This document shows, piece by piece, positions 1 through 13,049 of a stretch of DNA of 64,000 nt. Position 1 is the stretch's first letter. Every line of letters starts with the position of its first letter. The DNA is from Lama guanicoe. Lineage: Eukaryota. The position numbers and the translations under genes were made by a program. The notes beneath the pieces are model-generated. The model was given only the letters and a program-made list of their open reading frames with translations. It was not told the origin of the DNA and did not search any database. The stretch is from positions 3,398,927 to 3,462,926 of the forward strand of contig MU053513.1 in assembly GCA_013239625.1 (NCBI GenBank), in the 5' to 3' direction.

Positions 1-2691
1 TTAAGTATAACATTATACCTTTCTTTATTAGTGATGACATCACCACCTTATCTGTGTATAGGTTACTAGGCAATTTTGCATTTATTCTGTATTAAATTTT
101 TTAGTTTTTGCCTTAGACTCTAAGGGGGCTAGAGGTAGTTTATACAATACATGTCTTTTAAAAAAATTTGGATTAAGTGAAAATAAAGATAAAATCAGAA
201 AGAAGAATAATATAATGCAACACATGCTTTGAGGTTCAAATAATTACTGGTGGTGGACTACATAACTGGCCCTACGCTTCTTACTCACCAAAACCAAAAA
301 ATACCAGTTATAAGTGTAAACTGCCCATAAACTGAAGTCTGGCATACAGCAGGGAACTCAGATACTGAGTAAATGAATGGATGAATGAGTTAAAGTTAAG
401 AGAAACAAAGTTTCCCCTGGTCACTAGGTATGAAACAAATTTCTCTACTATATTTTTACAAAAGGCACACTATGTAAAGATATTCATATAAAAACAATAG
501 CATTTTGTTTTATCTTTACTGTATCCTTTTTAGATATTATACACCCTGTGGTCAGAAGTGACTTTGAGGTTAGGTAACTATTTAAGATCACATTGCTATT
601 TTATGACTTGAAGCCAGGTCTTGTGACCCCCAAGTTCAGTGTTGTTTCAGTTACATTTCAGCGACTTCTTAGTTCCCCTGCGAATGCATGGTTTTATGAC
701 AAGAGTTTTCCATACCATTGTTAGGCTTTTTACGAACACTTCCGAGTTCTTAGACCATGGCTGGACAAATAAATTTACTGAATGTCTTGCCCAAAACAAG
801 CTTAATAGTCTAAAATTTGTTTCTAACTGTCTAAAAATTCTGCTTATTTTAGGTATATACTTTTTAAAAGATTTAACCCAGTATTTGAAAAACAAGTATG
901 TTTCTAACTTATTATTTTAACATTTTATATATATATAATATATATGCAATAATATAACTAGTTTTAATTTTTCAAAAATTTTTTCCACCAAGTGATATTG
1001 AAAAATAATTACAGTGGGGCCCTTATTTATTTCTGCATTTGCTTCCTCAAAAGTAGTATAACTGATCACATGATGTGGTAAGAGATTAAATCCTATGAAT
1101 ATGCACTAACACTATAACTGTACTAAAAGTTAAATCCAAAAACTTATCATATTTTACTGTATCAATTTTTACCATGAAATTATTTTTAAAAGCAAAAATC
1201 TAAGGAATTTAAATATTCAACAATAGGAAATAGTAAAATAATTTATAGTAGTTCAATTAGATAGCATATTATGTAGTAATAAATGTCACAGTATTTAAAA
1301 AGTAGAGCATAAAAAATACTCGTGTTAAAAATACAAAACTGTGCATATATGACCCTTATTGTGGAAAAATATTTATATGCATTAAAAAATCTAACAGAGT
1401 ATACAATAGGTCAGTAATACCAGTTAACTTCACCATCTGAGGGATTAGAGACATTTTTGTTCTTCATACTTTCTAAATCTTCTCTATTTTTACAATCAGA
1501 AAAAACTTTAAATATTAATTTTAAAAAGTTTAAATAAAACATAGTATTATATTTAGTTAATTTTATAAATATTTATTGGGAGTTAAATAACTGAATCTCA
1601 GTATAAATTAATCAATAATTACAATTAATATACCTAACTATTTTCATTTTCACACTTGGCTTCATATTTTGAGTACATCAATTACAGTAGGTACATATTT
1701 GAGTATATATTATGCACTAGGGGGAAAATGTACAGGAAGTCTTTATTAATTCAGAAGTTAGAGTAATTTAGGGACAAGAATAAATGCATTTTTATACATA
1801 CTGAAGGTATTAATCACAAACTGCCAAAGAAATGTTTAAAATATTTGAACTACGTTTAAAGATTTTTTTAAATCTTAGAAATACAGATTTGTACTAATAA
1901 GACAATTACAAATATTCATATCAATGCAGTAAGTTAGGTTCTCCTAAGCATCTCTATGCTACAATTTTTTTAAAGCCTATTTCTAATATTATATGTTATA
2001 AGAAAAGAATGTAGATATTCCACACAACTCTTGGTATTGAGAAACAGCCTACTAAGTAACTCTCATTTGTTGGAAAAAAATTGCCAATTAAGTAGGAAAT
2101 ATGTATAAATGTCTTAATTAGTTTGCCTGAAATTTAGGTACCTGATATAAATAAAAAATATTTATTTTCAAATATTATTTTCTACTCTTTCAGACCAATT
2201 CTCAAAATTAGCTCAAAACTTAATAACAATTTACTATATTTTGGTATCACAATCAAATCCTAGATTCAAATCTAATAACCAAAAGAAATAAAAATTCTTA
2301 TGTAAAATCACTTTCAGAACAGATCTGCAATATGCATGTGTGTAAAATGTACAAAAGTATCTTATCCAAGAAATTCAACTAAAAATTTGTTAAGTAATTC
2401 TCAGGAAATTAAATAAAATCTATAAATGTCCTACCCAAGTCAGTCATTCAACAAACTGTTACCTTTTCAGTCACATTATTAATTTATTAGTTCAAAAAAT
2501 TTCTAGTTCAAACACCTACTGTCATGTAGTCAATCTAAACTTCCTGACACAACCACTCAGTTCTGGTCCAGAGTGCTCCATTAAGTAGGTATTTCTCTCC
2601 TGCAAATAAGCTAGAGGATTGTTATGATACTTTCTTGGCATCCCAGAAACATCATTGTCCCTAACTATGCTGCTTTGGTCTTAATGTGTTA

Positions 2692-2865
<174 letters not shown>

Positions 2866-3451
2866 CTATCAACCAAATAAAAGTGATGTTAAAAAAAAGA
2901 TATTTTTTAAATTAGGCATGAAAATTAAAATACTATAATTCAGAACAAGAGAAGTATCTTTCCCCAGGGAGTAAGTCCAAAGAATTAGCCTTTATTCTGC
3001 CTCTAAGTTAGACAGCTAGAACCATAACAGTATAAATCTGTTAACCCAAGTATTTTCATAAAATTAAGTTACATAGGACTTGTTGGTAATACAATATGTA
3101 AATATCTACTGTGGTAAAATGTACAAGAATCAAATTCACAATAACTGACAAGGTATATATGATCAGGCCTCCTAAGAATCACTCACTAAATTTCAGCATC
3201 GCCAGTAGTGACAGCAAGCCATCCTGACCCTTCCCCAGAAATGTCCTTACCTAAGAATTGCCACTGAAGCCGTAGCCAAAGTGTACAGTTTCCCCACAAG
3301 GACAGCTAGAACTAACTCCAAGTACTGAAGACAACAGGGCCAGAATGATCAACTCATGAAAGAAGAACTCTAAGGTTCAGTGCCGAATCTTGTGTTCCTT
3401 TTTAAAGAGAGCAATATTCCACTAACCTAACCTAGCAGTACTATTTCATTA

Positions 3452-3694
<243 letters not shown>

Positions 3695-4238
3695 TTAAAT
3701 GCAAACTTGAAAATACAATGTCTATAACACAAGAAACTAAGTTTTCTTGCTAGTACAGTAACAAATTATACTTCGCTAAAGTAAGTTTTAAAATTACAAA
3801 AAATTCTCTTACTATTTGTAATCTGGACCTGTCTTCCTGTTTCAACGTGATTTTGTAAAAATCTGATTCAACTCTGCTAAAACTTTGACCCTCTGACTGT
3901 GGAAGGAGTGAAAGAAGTCTCAATAATATGTAAAACTGAAGGTAGAATTAAAATGCAACCAACTGACTAACTCTAGAGAGAGAAGTTACCACGAATTAGG
4001 ATCAAGTTAACATTGGAACCTGTTATAAAGAAGGAAAAATGCCTCTAAAGTGTTGAGTACAAGGCTTCTAAAAGCTGTCAAATACTGAAGTCTGAACAGG
4101 GGCACATAATAGAAAACCATTTAATGGCAACAAATATTTGAAAGGATGACTGAATAGAGTTTCAAAATTTTTCTTGTTCAAAACAAAAATTTTCTTGTTC
4201 ATATGCATCCTAGCATTAAAAATGTTAAGAAAGCTTAC

Positions 4239-4308
4239 CACAGCTTTCTGGAATGTGTGTATTCATTAAACCAAGTTCCCAGGCTCTTTTAATTATTGGG
4301 ACAGGGTA
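4239..4308 (-). CDS. ACADM: ACADM exon 4 (YPVPIIKRAWELGLMNTHIPESC/G)
   Basis: 70 nt, tcttttag acceptor, GTAAGC donor, MCAD translation. Confidence 0.98.
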
Positions 4309-4422
4309 CTAAAAGAAAAAAAAATATTAAATAAAAAGTCAATTATACTTAAGATCTAGTTATATTTAAAATCTTGTAAAAAATGTAAAAGACTTTTCTC
4401 TCCTTAAAATGCATATACCTAC

Positions 4423-4520
4423 CTCGCCAGTTTTATCATATTCTGCAGCAACTGGCAGTATTTCCTCCCTGGCAAATTTACGAGCAGTAGCTTGAAATTC
4501 TTTCTGCTGTTCAGTTAACT
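4423..4520 (-). CDS. ACADM: ACADM exon 3 ([33 protein letters not shown])
   Basis: 98 nt, cccttag acceptor, GTAGGT donor, MCAD translation. Confidence 0.98.
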
Positions 4521-6704
4521 CTAAGGGAAAGTTATTTAGAAAACATTAAAACAGGACAGTGAGTTGAGGAAATGAAATTAGTATGTGGAAACCTATATTT
4601 ATAATGACTTTAACCCCTGATAACCAAAAGATCAAAGCCTATAATGTGCTTTCAGACTAATCAAGATTTCACTGTACTATACGAATAAATGTATGTCAAT
4701 GCTAATGCCAAAAGAGTAGGTAAGATTTCTAGCTTTTATTAATGAGTAACAGATACAAACTTGAGTTTTTCTCTTCCAAAGGTTAAGGTTAAAAAAAAAA
4801 AAAGGTTTCTTACTTATTATCCAGACTCATCAGAGCAGACTGAAATGAAACTAGTATGTCGGACATGCCTTGATCTCAAGAATCAATCTAACAGGAAGAT
4901 AAGACACGACCAGTGACCACAAACCAATAAAACTCGTTCCAACATACCATATAAAAATATTAATACCATAATTTCAATTTTACTCCTCCTTTAAACTCAG
5001 ATAATTTAAGTTTATAAATTAGCACAAAGTATCTGGCAAAAGTGGTGGGAAGGTTTCTCAAATTAATGAAATAAACAGGACAGCTGAACTGAGAACAGGA
5101 GCCAATTATGACTGCATTTTTTTCAAATCCACACTGTCATACCATTTTATTGTGGTTGCATCCAACACTAAAGGATAGGTGAAATTTAAGAGATACAGGG
5201 TATTTCGGACAAGAAGAATGAGAGCAAAGGCAGGGAAGCAAGAATGAGCAAGAATGCATAAGACTATAGGGATGTGAGAAATAAAATGTAAAAGGTTTTA
5301 GAAATCTGCTGCTGAATTGAATAGCCTAAGAACAAATCTCTCAGTTTATAGATAAGGAAACAAAAGCCCAGAGTGAGGAAATGATAACCCCATAAGTCTT
5401 ACAATGGAGTTAGCAGTAAAAGTATACTTAGAGTTTCAGCCTAGTGTTCGCTCTCTCATTCACAACTTTACTTCTAAAATTGGGGCCGATTCATATTAAG
5501 ATTGTGGGTGGGTAAAAAGTAGGGAAGGCAGGGATCTATTATGTATTATTTGAGATCTTTCTTTAATCTAGTCACTATGTGCTAGGACTTTACATATATT
5601 ATATAATTTAATATTCAAATAAATCCTGTGTTGTAGATATTATCTTTATTTTATAGATAAAGAACCAGATGCAACTGGTCATAGGTGTTGCCTCTACTTC
5701 TTTACTTTAGCTTCACAATCACCCTCTTCTAAACATATCTCATACTCTGCCGCTTAGCAAACCACCATAGATTTCTCCTGCTAGTCTTTTACTTTGCAGT
5801 ATGAACCTGTATGTGACAAACTGAAACTAAACAGCAATCATACCAAACCTAACATCTCAATAAGGAAGTAAGATTCAGTCTCCCAAACTGCTATCCTTAC
5901 GTTGTGCTTCAAAATTTTTACTTAATTCTGTTAAAAAAAAAAAAACTTTATACTCTAACAATCTTGAAAGAATAAAACTCAAAATGATAACTCTACAGAG
6001 TTTTGAGTTTATTTCTACCTGAGTGTGAGTTAATTATCTCAGCTGCCTTTTAACTATTTTCTGAAACCAAGGGAACTGAGAAAATGGGTTTTAAACTAGA
6101 GGAAAGGTAATAATTTTGAAGCAAGAAGCACTTTAGGGGCCAAAGGATGCTGAAGAAAGGGATTATTATTTCAACTATTTTGCCCAGGATTTCGTTTCAG
6201 ATAGAAAAGGGGAGAGAAAACCTTACTCCTTTTCCCTTTGACACTACATGGCTCCCTGACCTCAAGACTGAGAACCACATCTACTAGCACCAAACTGCAG
6301 TTCAGATATATTATGGCCAAAACAGGCTTACTAGCAGGTACCTAGCATTGGATATCCAATAAGTATTTAATAAATATTTGTTGCATTTAAATTTCTAAGT
6401 TGAGAATATTCATATGTATCAGGGAATCTGTTATTTATTTGAGGCTATTTACTCTGGAAAAATGGCAGGAATATATATGTATAGTGCTAATATAGATTTA
6501 TGAATAGGGTATTATGCTCAAGAAGAAAACAAGATCAGAAAGAATGAGTGTGACTAACTATGAACAATCTATGGATACTGATTGATTCTACTCACTGACA
6601 GACATTACTAAGTTTGTTTACAAATACATTCCAAATACATACAAAAAGCTGCATATATATAACTAATATAAGTTTAAAGTCAAAAGGCAGAACAGAACAG
6701 ATAC

Positions 6705-6792
6705 CAAAACTAAATCCCGCTCCTGGTTCACGTTTTAGGACAGCTTTTGTATGCTGTGATCTCCAGTCAAAACGAGTAAGACTTCTCAGTAC
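6705..6792 (-). CDS. ACADM: ACADM exon 2 ([29 protein letters not shown])
   Basis: 88 nt, ttctttatag acceptor, GTATCT donor; matches MCAD presequence and mature start. Confidence 0.97.
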
Positions 6793-6911
6793 CTATAAAG
6801 AACAATTTTTTTACAGTAAATTTGATAAATTAAACATCAATCCAATAAGAGAATACTGACAATTGCAAATGAGTAGAGCAACCTGTTTGACCATATTCAA
6901 CAACATAGTTT

Positions 6912-7016
6912 ACGAGGCAGGGAAACAGCTCAGTGGTAGAGTGCGTGCTTACCATTCTTGAGGTCCCGGGTTCAAGCCTCAGTACCTCCATTCAAAAAAG
7001 AAAAAAAAAAAAAAAA
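6912..7016 (+). mobile_element. vic-1-like tRNA-derived SINE (camelid) with A-tail, in ACADM intron 1
   Basis: A box AGCTCAGTGG, B box GGTTCAAGCC, CAGTACCTCCA end, poly(A). Confidence 0.88.
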
Positions 7017-7712
7017 GCAGCTTCCACACCCTACACACAGATGAACCCTTCCTATTTTGTGCTGTCATTGGATCTGAGTCTCTTCCCCTCGGGTCCCCAT
7101 GTTTCCCTGCACTCCCTTCTCTCCAGTGGTCTCTCTGCAGTTATTTAATGCCTGTGTCATATCTACTGTAAAATGAGTATAAAGTGCAATAAAATGAGAA
7201 TAATTATATATACATACATATTTAAAAGAACATAGTTTGAGTAATTACTTAAATGCCTTCAACCATAATTTGATTTCTGTATTAAGCCAATTATCAGAAA
7301 TTTGAACACCTATCACAGTGGAAATTCTTTTAAAACCCAATGCAAATAAAAATGATCAGTAGTATCTGCACTACTAAAATGGAGTGTTTCCAAGGCTAGT
7401 AACAGTCAGGGTAGTAGTAAACTTCAGGCCATTATTTCAGAAATCTCACCCAGAAGCTCTAGAACACTTGTGATTGGAAAATTGGAACAAGAGGCAACAA
7501 TAGGATGGTATTATACTATGTTCAAGAGTTGCCTAGTCCATCAGCTTTGATACCCTGTCCCTGTGATCCTCCCAACTATGCCCCTGGGAATCTTCCCCTT
7601 GGAGGATCCCATTTTCTAAGATACCTCACTCTATTTAACAAAACAAATTAGTCTAAAGCCATGTTCTGTATTTTCCTCTGTTGTGTATAATTATTCTTAG
7701 AATGTTCTAAGC

Positions 7713-7869
7713 CAGGGATTAGCACACTATGGTCCCCATCAATTTTGTAAACAAAATTTATTGGAACACAGCCACACCACACTGCTTTCACAGCAGAGTT
7801 TTTAAACCATATGGTTCACAAAGCCAAAAATATCTGCTGTCCTCTTATGAAAAAGTTTGCAAACCTTGT
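7713..7869. mobile_element. MER58-like hAT-Charlie DNA transposon remnant
   Basis: CAGGG...CCTTG ends; tttgtaaacaaaatttattggaacacagccac core recalled as MER58. Confidence 0.65.
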
Positions 7870-10149
7870 TTTAAACCATTAATATACTACTTAATATCTG
7901 AAATATACTCATATTTCTTCAAAAGGATATATAAAAATATAATCAGATATTGTTCCTTTCCAACCCATTTTTATACTCATGACAGTTTAATGTACACAAA
8001 AAGTAACCACTTGGCATTTACTACAGTCATCAAACTGGAAACCATACTGGAACTCCTGGGTAAATGTTTAAGGACAGTCAAAATTAAACACTTAACACTT
8101 CGAAGGATTTAACAGAACTATCTCTGGACAATTCTAGTAAGCCAGACACTGAAAGAAAGCAGAAACTAAAAACTAAAAGATCAAGGACAGAACTTGCTTG
8201 TTTTCCAAAATCTGTGAGAAGAAACTGTCCACTCTGTAGATGACAATTTCAACTTGCAAAGAGAACTACCTACATTTAAAGTGACAATATAGACTGTCAA
8301 ATACCTTAATTTAAATAATCCTTGCAAAATAATAACATACTTTATACTACAATTTTGAAAAAATTACAGCATTAAAAATTCACATTTTCTTTGCAATTTT
8401 CATTAATCTTATTTTGGAAGTAAAACACGGTTTCTCTGATATCCATTGTCTAGTCATCATAGACTAAACCTATTCTCATTTAGTCACATTCTACATGTTA
8501 ATGCACTGAATCTTCAGGTCAAGCCTAACATTAAGACACGATTTTTATTCCTGTTTTCCATGTGAAGAAATTGAGGCTCAGAAAGGTCAAGTAAAATTGG
8601 TCAAGGTCACTCTACTATTAGGAACCAGAATTATTACTCTAACATTCACTATCAAGAGCCAATGCCATTTACCACCTTGCTCTACGGCTCTTTCAATTTA
8701 AGTATCCTAATTGGTTAACAGATTATATAAAGAAAAAAATTCCCACAAAGATCAGACCAAAATACTTGACTCTTCTAAATGTGTGTTTAGACAGCATTGG
8801 ACAAAAATTAGACCTCACAATACAGGTAAAATGGTGTGCTGAGAGGCTTTAAATAGGGACTTATTAGTGTATTTAAAATAATTTACAAAAAGCTTACATA
8901 TGATTTTTCAGGAAAACATGTTACATAAAACAAAGTACAAAGGTAGCTACTGGGAGGGAAAAAATGCCAACCCACCTGTTAATTTCTTTTTCAAAAGTGG
9001 AAAATGGGGCTAATCTTACTGGGTAATTGTTGAGATGACTAAAATAATGTAATATCTTGGAAGCAATAATGCCATATAAATATTGGTTATTACGTTGGGC
9101 TCTCTGCTCAGAACACTAGAATTCCAAATCTCCAAAAGGCAGCAACTTTACTCAAGCATCAACTCTGCAGTAACAGTACAACTACAGTTAAACATATTTG
9201 CATATTTCTTAGGAATAAGAGTCTTAGTTTTATGGGCGTGTCAAAGAAAAGACACAGTTGTATAAGTTTTCTGGATCAGGTTTCTCTATATTCTTTCTTT
9301 GAGAGATTGAGAGATCCGTGTCTTTTTTTTCCTGGTGTCAGAGTCTAAAATCATTTTAAAAATCCCCATTTCTGCCTTCAGAGCCCACTAACTTGTATAA
9401 TAATGACAAATATTGAGCAATAATCCGTTAGACATTATTCTAAACTCTAAAACTGCTCCTATTATGGTCAAGGACATAACTTTCTTACTCAATTATAAAT
9501 GACAGTTAAATGACAGTCTTGTGTGAATACATCAATAGTATTTAAGATAGCAAAATGTATCTAGTGACTGAGACAATTTAAAATCTGTGACACAACACTA
9601 GAACATAAAGACAAGCATCAAGAAAAATTCTGGGGTAGGATCTTCTTTTCACTTTTTTAAACGTTCACAACGTGTAAGCGTCCTCCACCACATTACAAAA
9701 CCAAACGCGTATTAAACATATTAAGTGTCACAAAGTTCAGCTGCTTGTTTTCCCTTTCCCCCGTGACTTGGCCCTGGTAACCTGACAGGCACCCAAGGTA
9801 AGACTATCTGAATGCTGCATTTTCTAGTATACATCAGTATACATCCGCATCAGTATACATGAAGAATGAAATTTACTAAGGACTCCCTTCTTAGGCTGGG
9901 GACTGAAAGCAGATAGTTTTCTCCAAGACGTACTAGTCCAGTTCAGCAAAAACAGGGCTGTAGTTCCGAGGCCCTGCCCAATTGAGAGATGGGTTCACTT
10001 TGGCAAAGGATGGGATCCTCGGGGAAATCTTTGGAAAGTTCTCGGGCCAAGAAAGAAAAAGGATACTCCGAGAAGTGGACGCTGCCAATATACGTGGCAA
10101 CTGCAGACTGGGGGATACAGGAAAGTGAAAACCCAGGAAGCACTCGGTC

Positions 10150-10960
10150 CCACAATGAGAGGAGGGGGTGGGCGTGCTGCGGCGAGCAGGTAGAGGGTGC
10201 TAAAGCGCCCCGAAGCAGGCTCCTTCCTCACCTCGTTTCCCACCCCTCTGGGACGCACCTATTTTCTCCAGTTTCCCCTCGCCAAACACCACAACCTCCA
10301 TTCCCCACCCTCGCCGAGCCCAGCTCTCCCTCTCACCCCGCAGCTTCGCCTAAACACCGCTGCCATGTCGACTCCGGGTCCGGCTACTCAGCCTCTAACC
10401 CACCCGGCTGTGTCAGTCAAGACGGCGGATCCAGCAGATGCAGGATCCGTCTGGCCCCGCCCATATTTTGCCCCAACCACCCGCGTGGGCGTGGGCGGGG
10501 CTTAGGAGGGGCGGGGCCTCCGAAGGCTGGGACTAGAGGATGGACGAGAATGGAAGACGGAACAGGGCTTCGTTGGCAGCTTAGGCGAATGCTCGCTGGG
10601 CCTGTAACCTCGCCTGCGCCGTCCGCGCCATCTTGGGAAGGGGTCTGACGCGCTCTCGGGGCCTGACTGGTCCTCAGGGGAGGCCCCTGAAAAGGCTTTG
10701 CTTCCCGCTGGTCCTTTGAGTTCAGAAGATGAGCGTCCTGCGGGGAAACTGAGGCTGACAGCAGTGCGGAGATGGAGCCCGGAGGGCGACAGGGCCGCGG
10801 GAGCGGGGGCTGGGCGGGCTGCCGGCGGCGACCGGGCGGGGCCGCGGTCGGTCGGGAATCTGGGTGAGAGGGCTTGGAGAGGCGCCTGGCGAACGACGTC
10901 TCCCTGGCTTTCGACCTTGACTTTAACCCAGAGGAATCTATCCAACCCAAATCGTTTCTG
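10150..10960 (-). promoter_or_regulatory. ACADM: CpG-island promoter of ACADM with GC boxes, YY1-like motif and nuclear-receptor half-sites
   Basis: CpG-rich; GGGCGG boxes at ~10455-10515; CGCCATCTTG at 10626-10635; TCAAGGTCG on minus strand at 10912-10920. Confidence 0.9.
10337..10366 (-). CDS. ACADM: ACADM coding exon 1 (MAAVFRRSCG), start of mitochondrial targeting peptide
   Basis: ATG at 10366 in GACATGG context, 30 nt, then GTGAGA donor; joins in frame to downstream exons giving a recognisable MCAD N-terminus. Confidence 0.96.
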
Positions 10961-12166
10961 CTCTACGGAGTCGAAGTTCACTTTACTATCAAACTCTGCC
11001 CCCAAAGCGAAAAGATGTTCTGTGATTTCTTAGTTAAGTTAAACAAACGGGAATCTAATTACATAAGTAAATTTGACTTTCCAAATATTCCCAAGGCTAT
11101 TTATTACTGTACAGGTGTGGGGATGTGGAGAGTAGTTTTGGAAATAGGGGTGCAAGATGACCCTATCTAAAGCTTCTGGCTCAGCGAATGAATGTTGAAA
11201 GTGGGTGTCTGCCTAAGGAATTCTGTTAGTTACCTTCTCCCGATTAGACCCAGAGTTCTGAGATAGTAACTGTAATGTTACAAAGTCCAGGGATTTGTAA
11301 AGCTGTCAAGATTTGGATAGCTCTACATGAAAGATAATGAAAAGCAAGTTTAAAATGAAACCAATGAAAACCAAGCAAGCCAGGAATATGAACATTTCTA
11401 GTAATTCCCAAGACTTCATAACTCACACCCTGAATCTTACAACTTTTTTGTCTAGTAAAGGGTAGCCATTATCTCATTCTAATTCAGCTGTTTACTTTCT
11501 ATACAGTGTTACTGTACTCCCCTACAAGAACCTTATACTTTATCTTCTGGGAAATTATAATCTATTTATTCAGACTGGGTCCAAGGCAGAAGGTTAAGAG
11601 CTAAATGAAAAAGACCTGGGAAATTCGGAAAAGGGGGAACTCAGTTTGTCTTGGAATCAGAAGAAGTCAGAGAAAGCCTTTACTCTTCTAAAATGAAAAT
11701 CTGATAGTTATCTCTAATTTTAACACCTGCCATGGCTTGTTAACATTTATCGGATAAAGTTAAAATTTCATTGTCTAATGGGAAAGAACCATTTCTTCCT
11801 AACCCCAAGTAATTTCTTTACTTCATTTCCCTCATACTTCTCTTTTATGCTATACTTTTTCACATCACCATACCTCTGGATAAACTGATACCTTACCTCT
11901 TAGATCCCCATCTCGTTTTTATTTGTCCTATGAGAGGCAGCTCAAATGTCACCTTTGGTGAGATTCTCAAAGCTATTTGTCAAATCAAGTAATTTCTCCT
12001 GTATGCTCTCTGTACAAAACCTCTTTTATAATATAATGTTAATAAAGGGTTAGGTCCTATATGGCCTAACCTCCTCACAGTTATATGTACATAATATAAG
12101 AATAAAAATATTAAATAAGGATTGTAATCTTTTACTTACATCTCTTCAAGAAAACTACAGCGATTC

Positions 12167-12799
12167 TGACGTAGGAAAACAGATGTGGAGCATGAGAAGG
12201 GCTGTGTCCCAGATCTCGGTTGAGCCCCTAGGACGTGCCCGAGCAAGTGTGGGTCCTTGGCTTCGTGCAGGAAATAATTCAAGTGCGAGCCACCGTTGAG
12301 TTAAGGTAGATTTATTTACAGAGATACATACTGCATAGAGTGTAAGGCAAGAGAAAGGCAAGGAAAGAGGTGTGGGAATTGGGTGCTCAGGTTAAGGTAA
12401 AAGTAGGTATACACTCCATAGACAGAGTGTGGGCCATCTCCAAAGCAGAGAGAGCTCAAAGGACCACTAGGCGTGGTGTTGTCACTTTTTATGGTCTCAA
12501 TAGCTTCACAGGCCTACAGGTGAGATTAATCCAACTGCCCTGGGAAAAGGTCTGGGATTCCCAGGAACTGGACCACCACCGATGCATTCTTTGGCCTTTT
12601 GCGGTTAGCTTTGGGGCTGTCATGATGCCTGCAGGCATGTTATTTGATCACTCTGTTACAATGAGCAAATAATGAAGCTCAAGTTCTGTTAGAAGTTAAA
12701 CTGCTTAATCCTCAAGGCCAACTAGGAGGTAAGTCTTTAACAATTTGTTTGCTGTCATTTGTTGAGTGGCTGTGCCCTGCCCCCTTCCCTCCTGTCTCA
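12167..12799 (-). mobile_element. Solo ERV LTR, copy A
   Basis: TG...CA termini; 4-bp TSD ATTC/GTTC; AATAAA on minus strand; homologous to copies at 13362 and 17515. Confidence 0.88.
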
Positions 12800-13049
12800 G
12801 TTCTATTTATAATCCATGGCTATGATCTGTTAAATCCTTTTCTGTTTTTTCTGTTGATTTATTATCTTCCATTCTGAAACCACAATCAAATCTCACTCTA
12901 TCCCTTCCTTTACTCTCCATTCCTTATAAAGACCCACAACTGCAGCTCTTGCTTTTCTCATTTTTTCATTATCTTTCCTGTCCTCTTTTCTATACTGCCT
13001 TCCTCTTTCCATCCCCTTTCTTCCCCTACCCTTCTCTTTCTCTCTCTCT

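Noticed and set aside
639..920. ORFs or ACADM exon 7 in intron 6
   Set aside because: No AYCVTEPGAGSD-coding sequence found; AT-rich intron
6925..6991. tRNA gene
   Set aside because: Degenerate stems, A-tail and TSD identify a tRNA-derived SINE; same for 33374-33448
9989..11033. Long overlapping ORFs (up to 219 aa) over the ACADM promoter
   Set aside because: Stop-poor GC-rich CpG island; low-complexity translations with no recognisable domain
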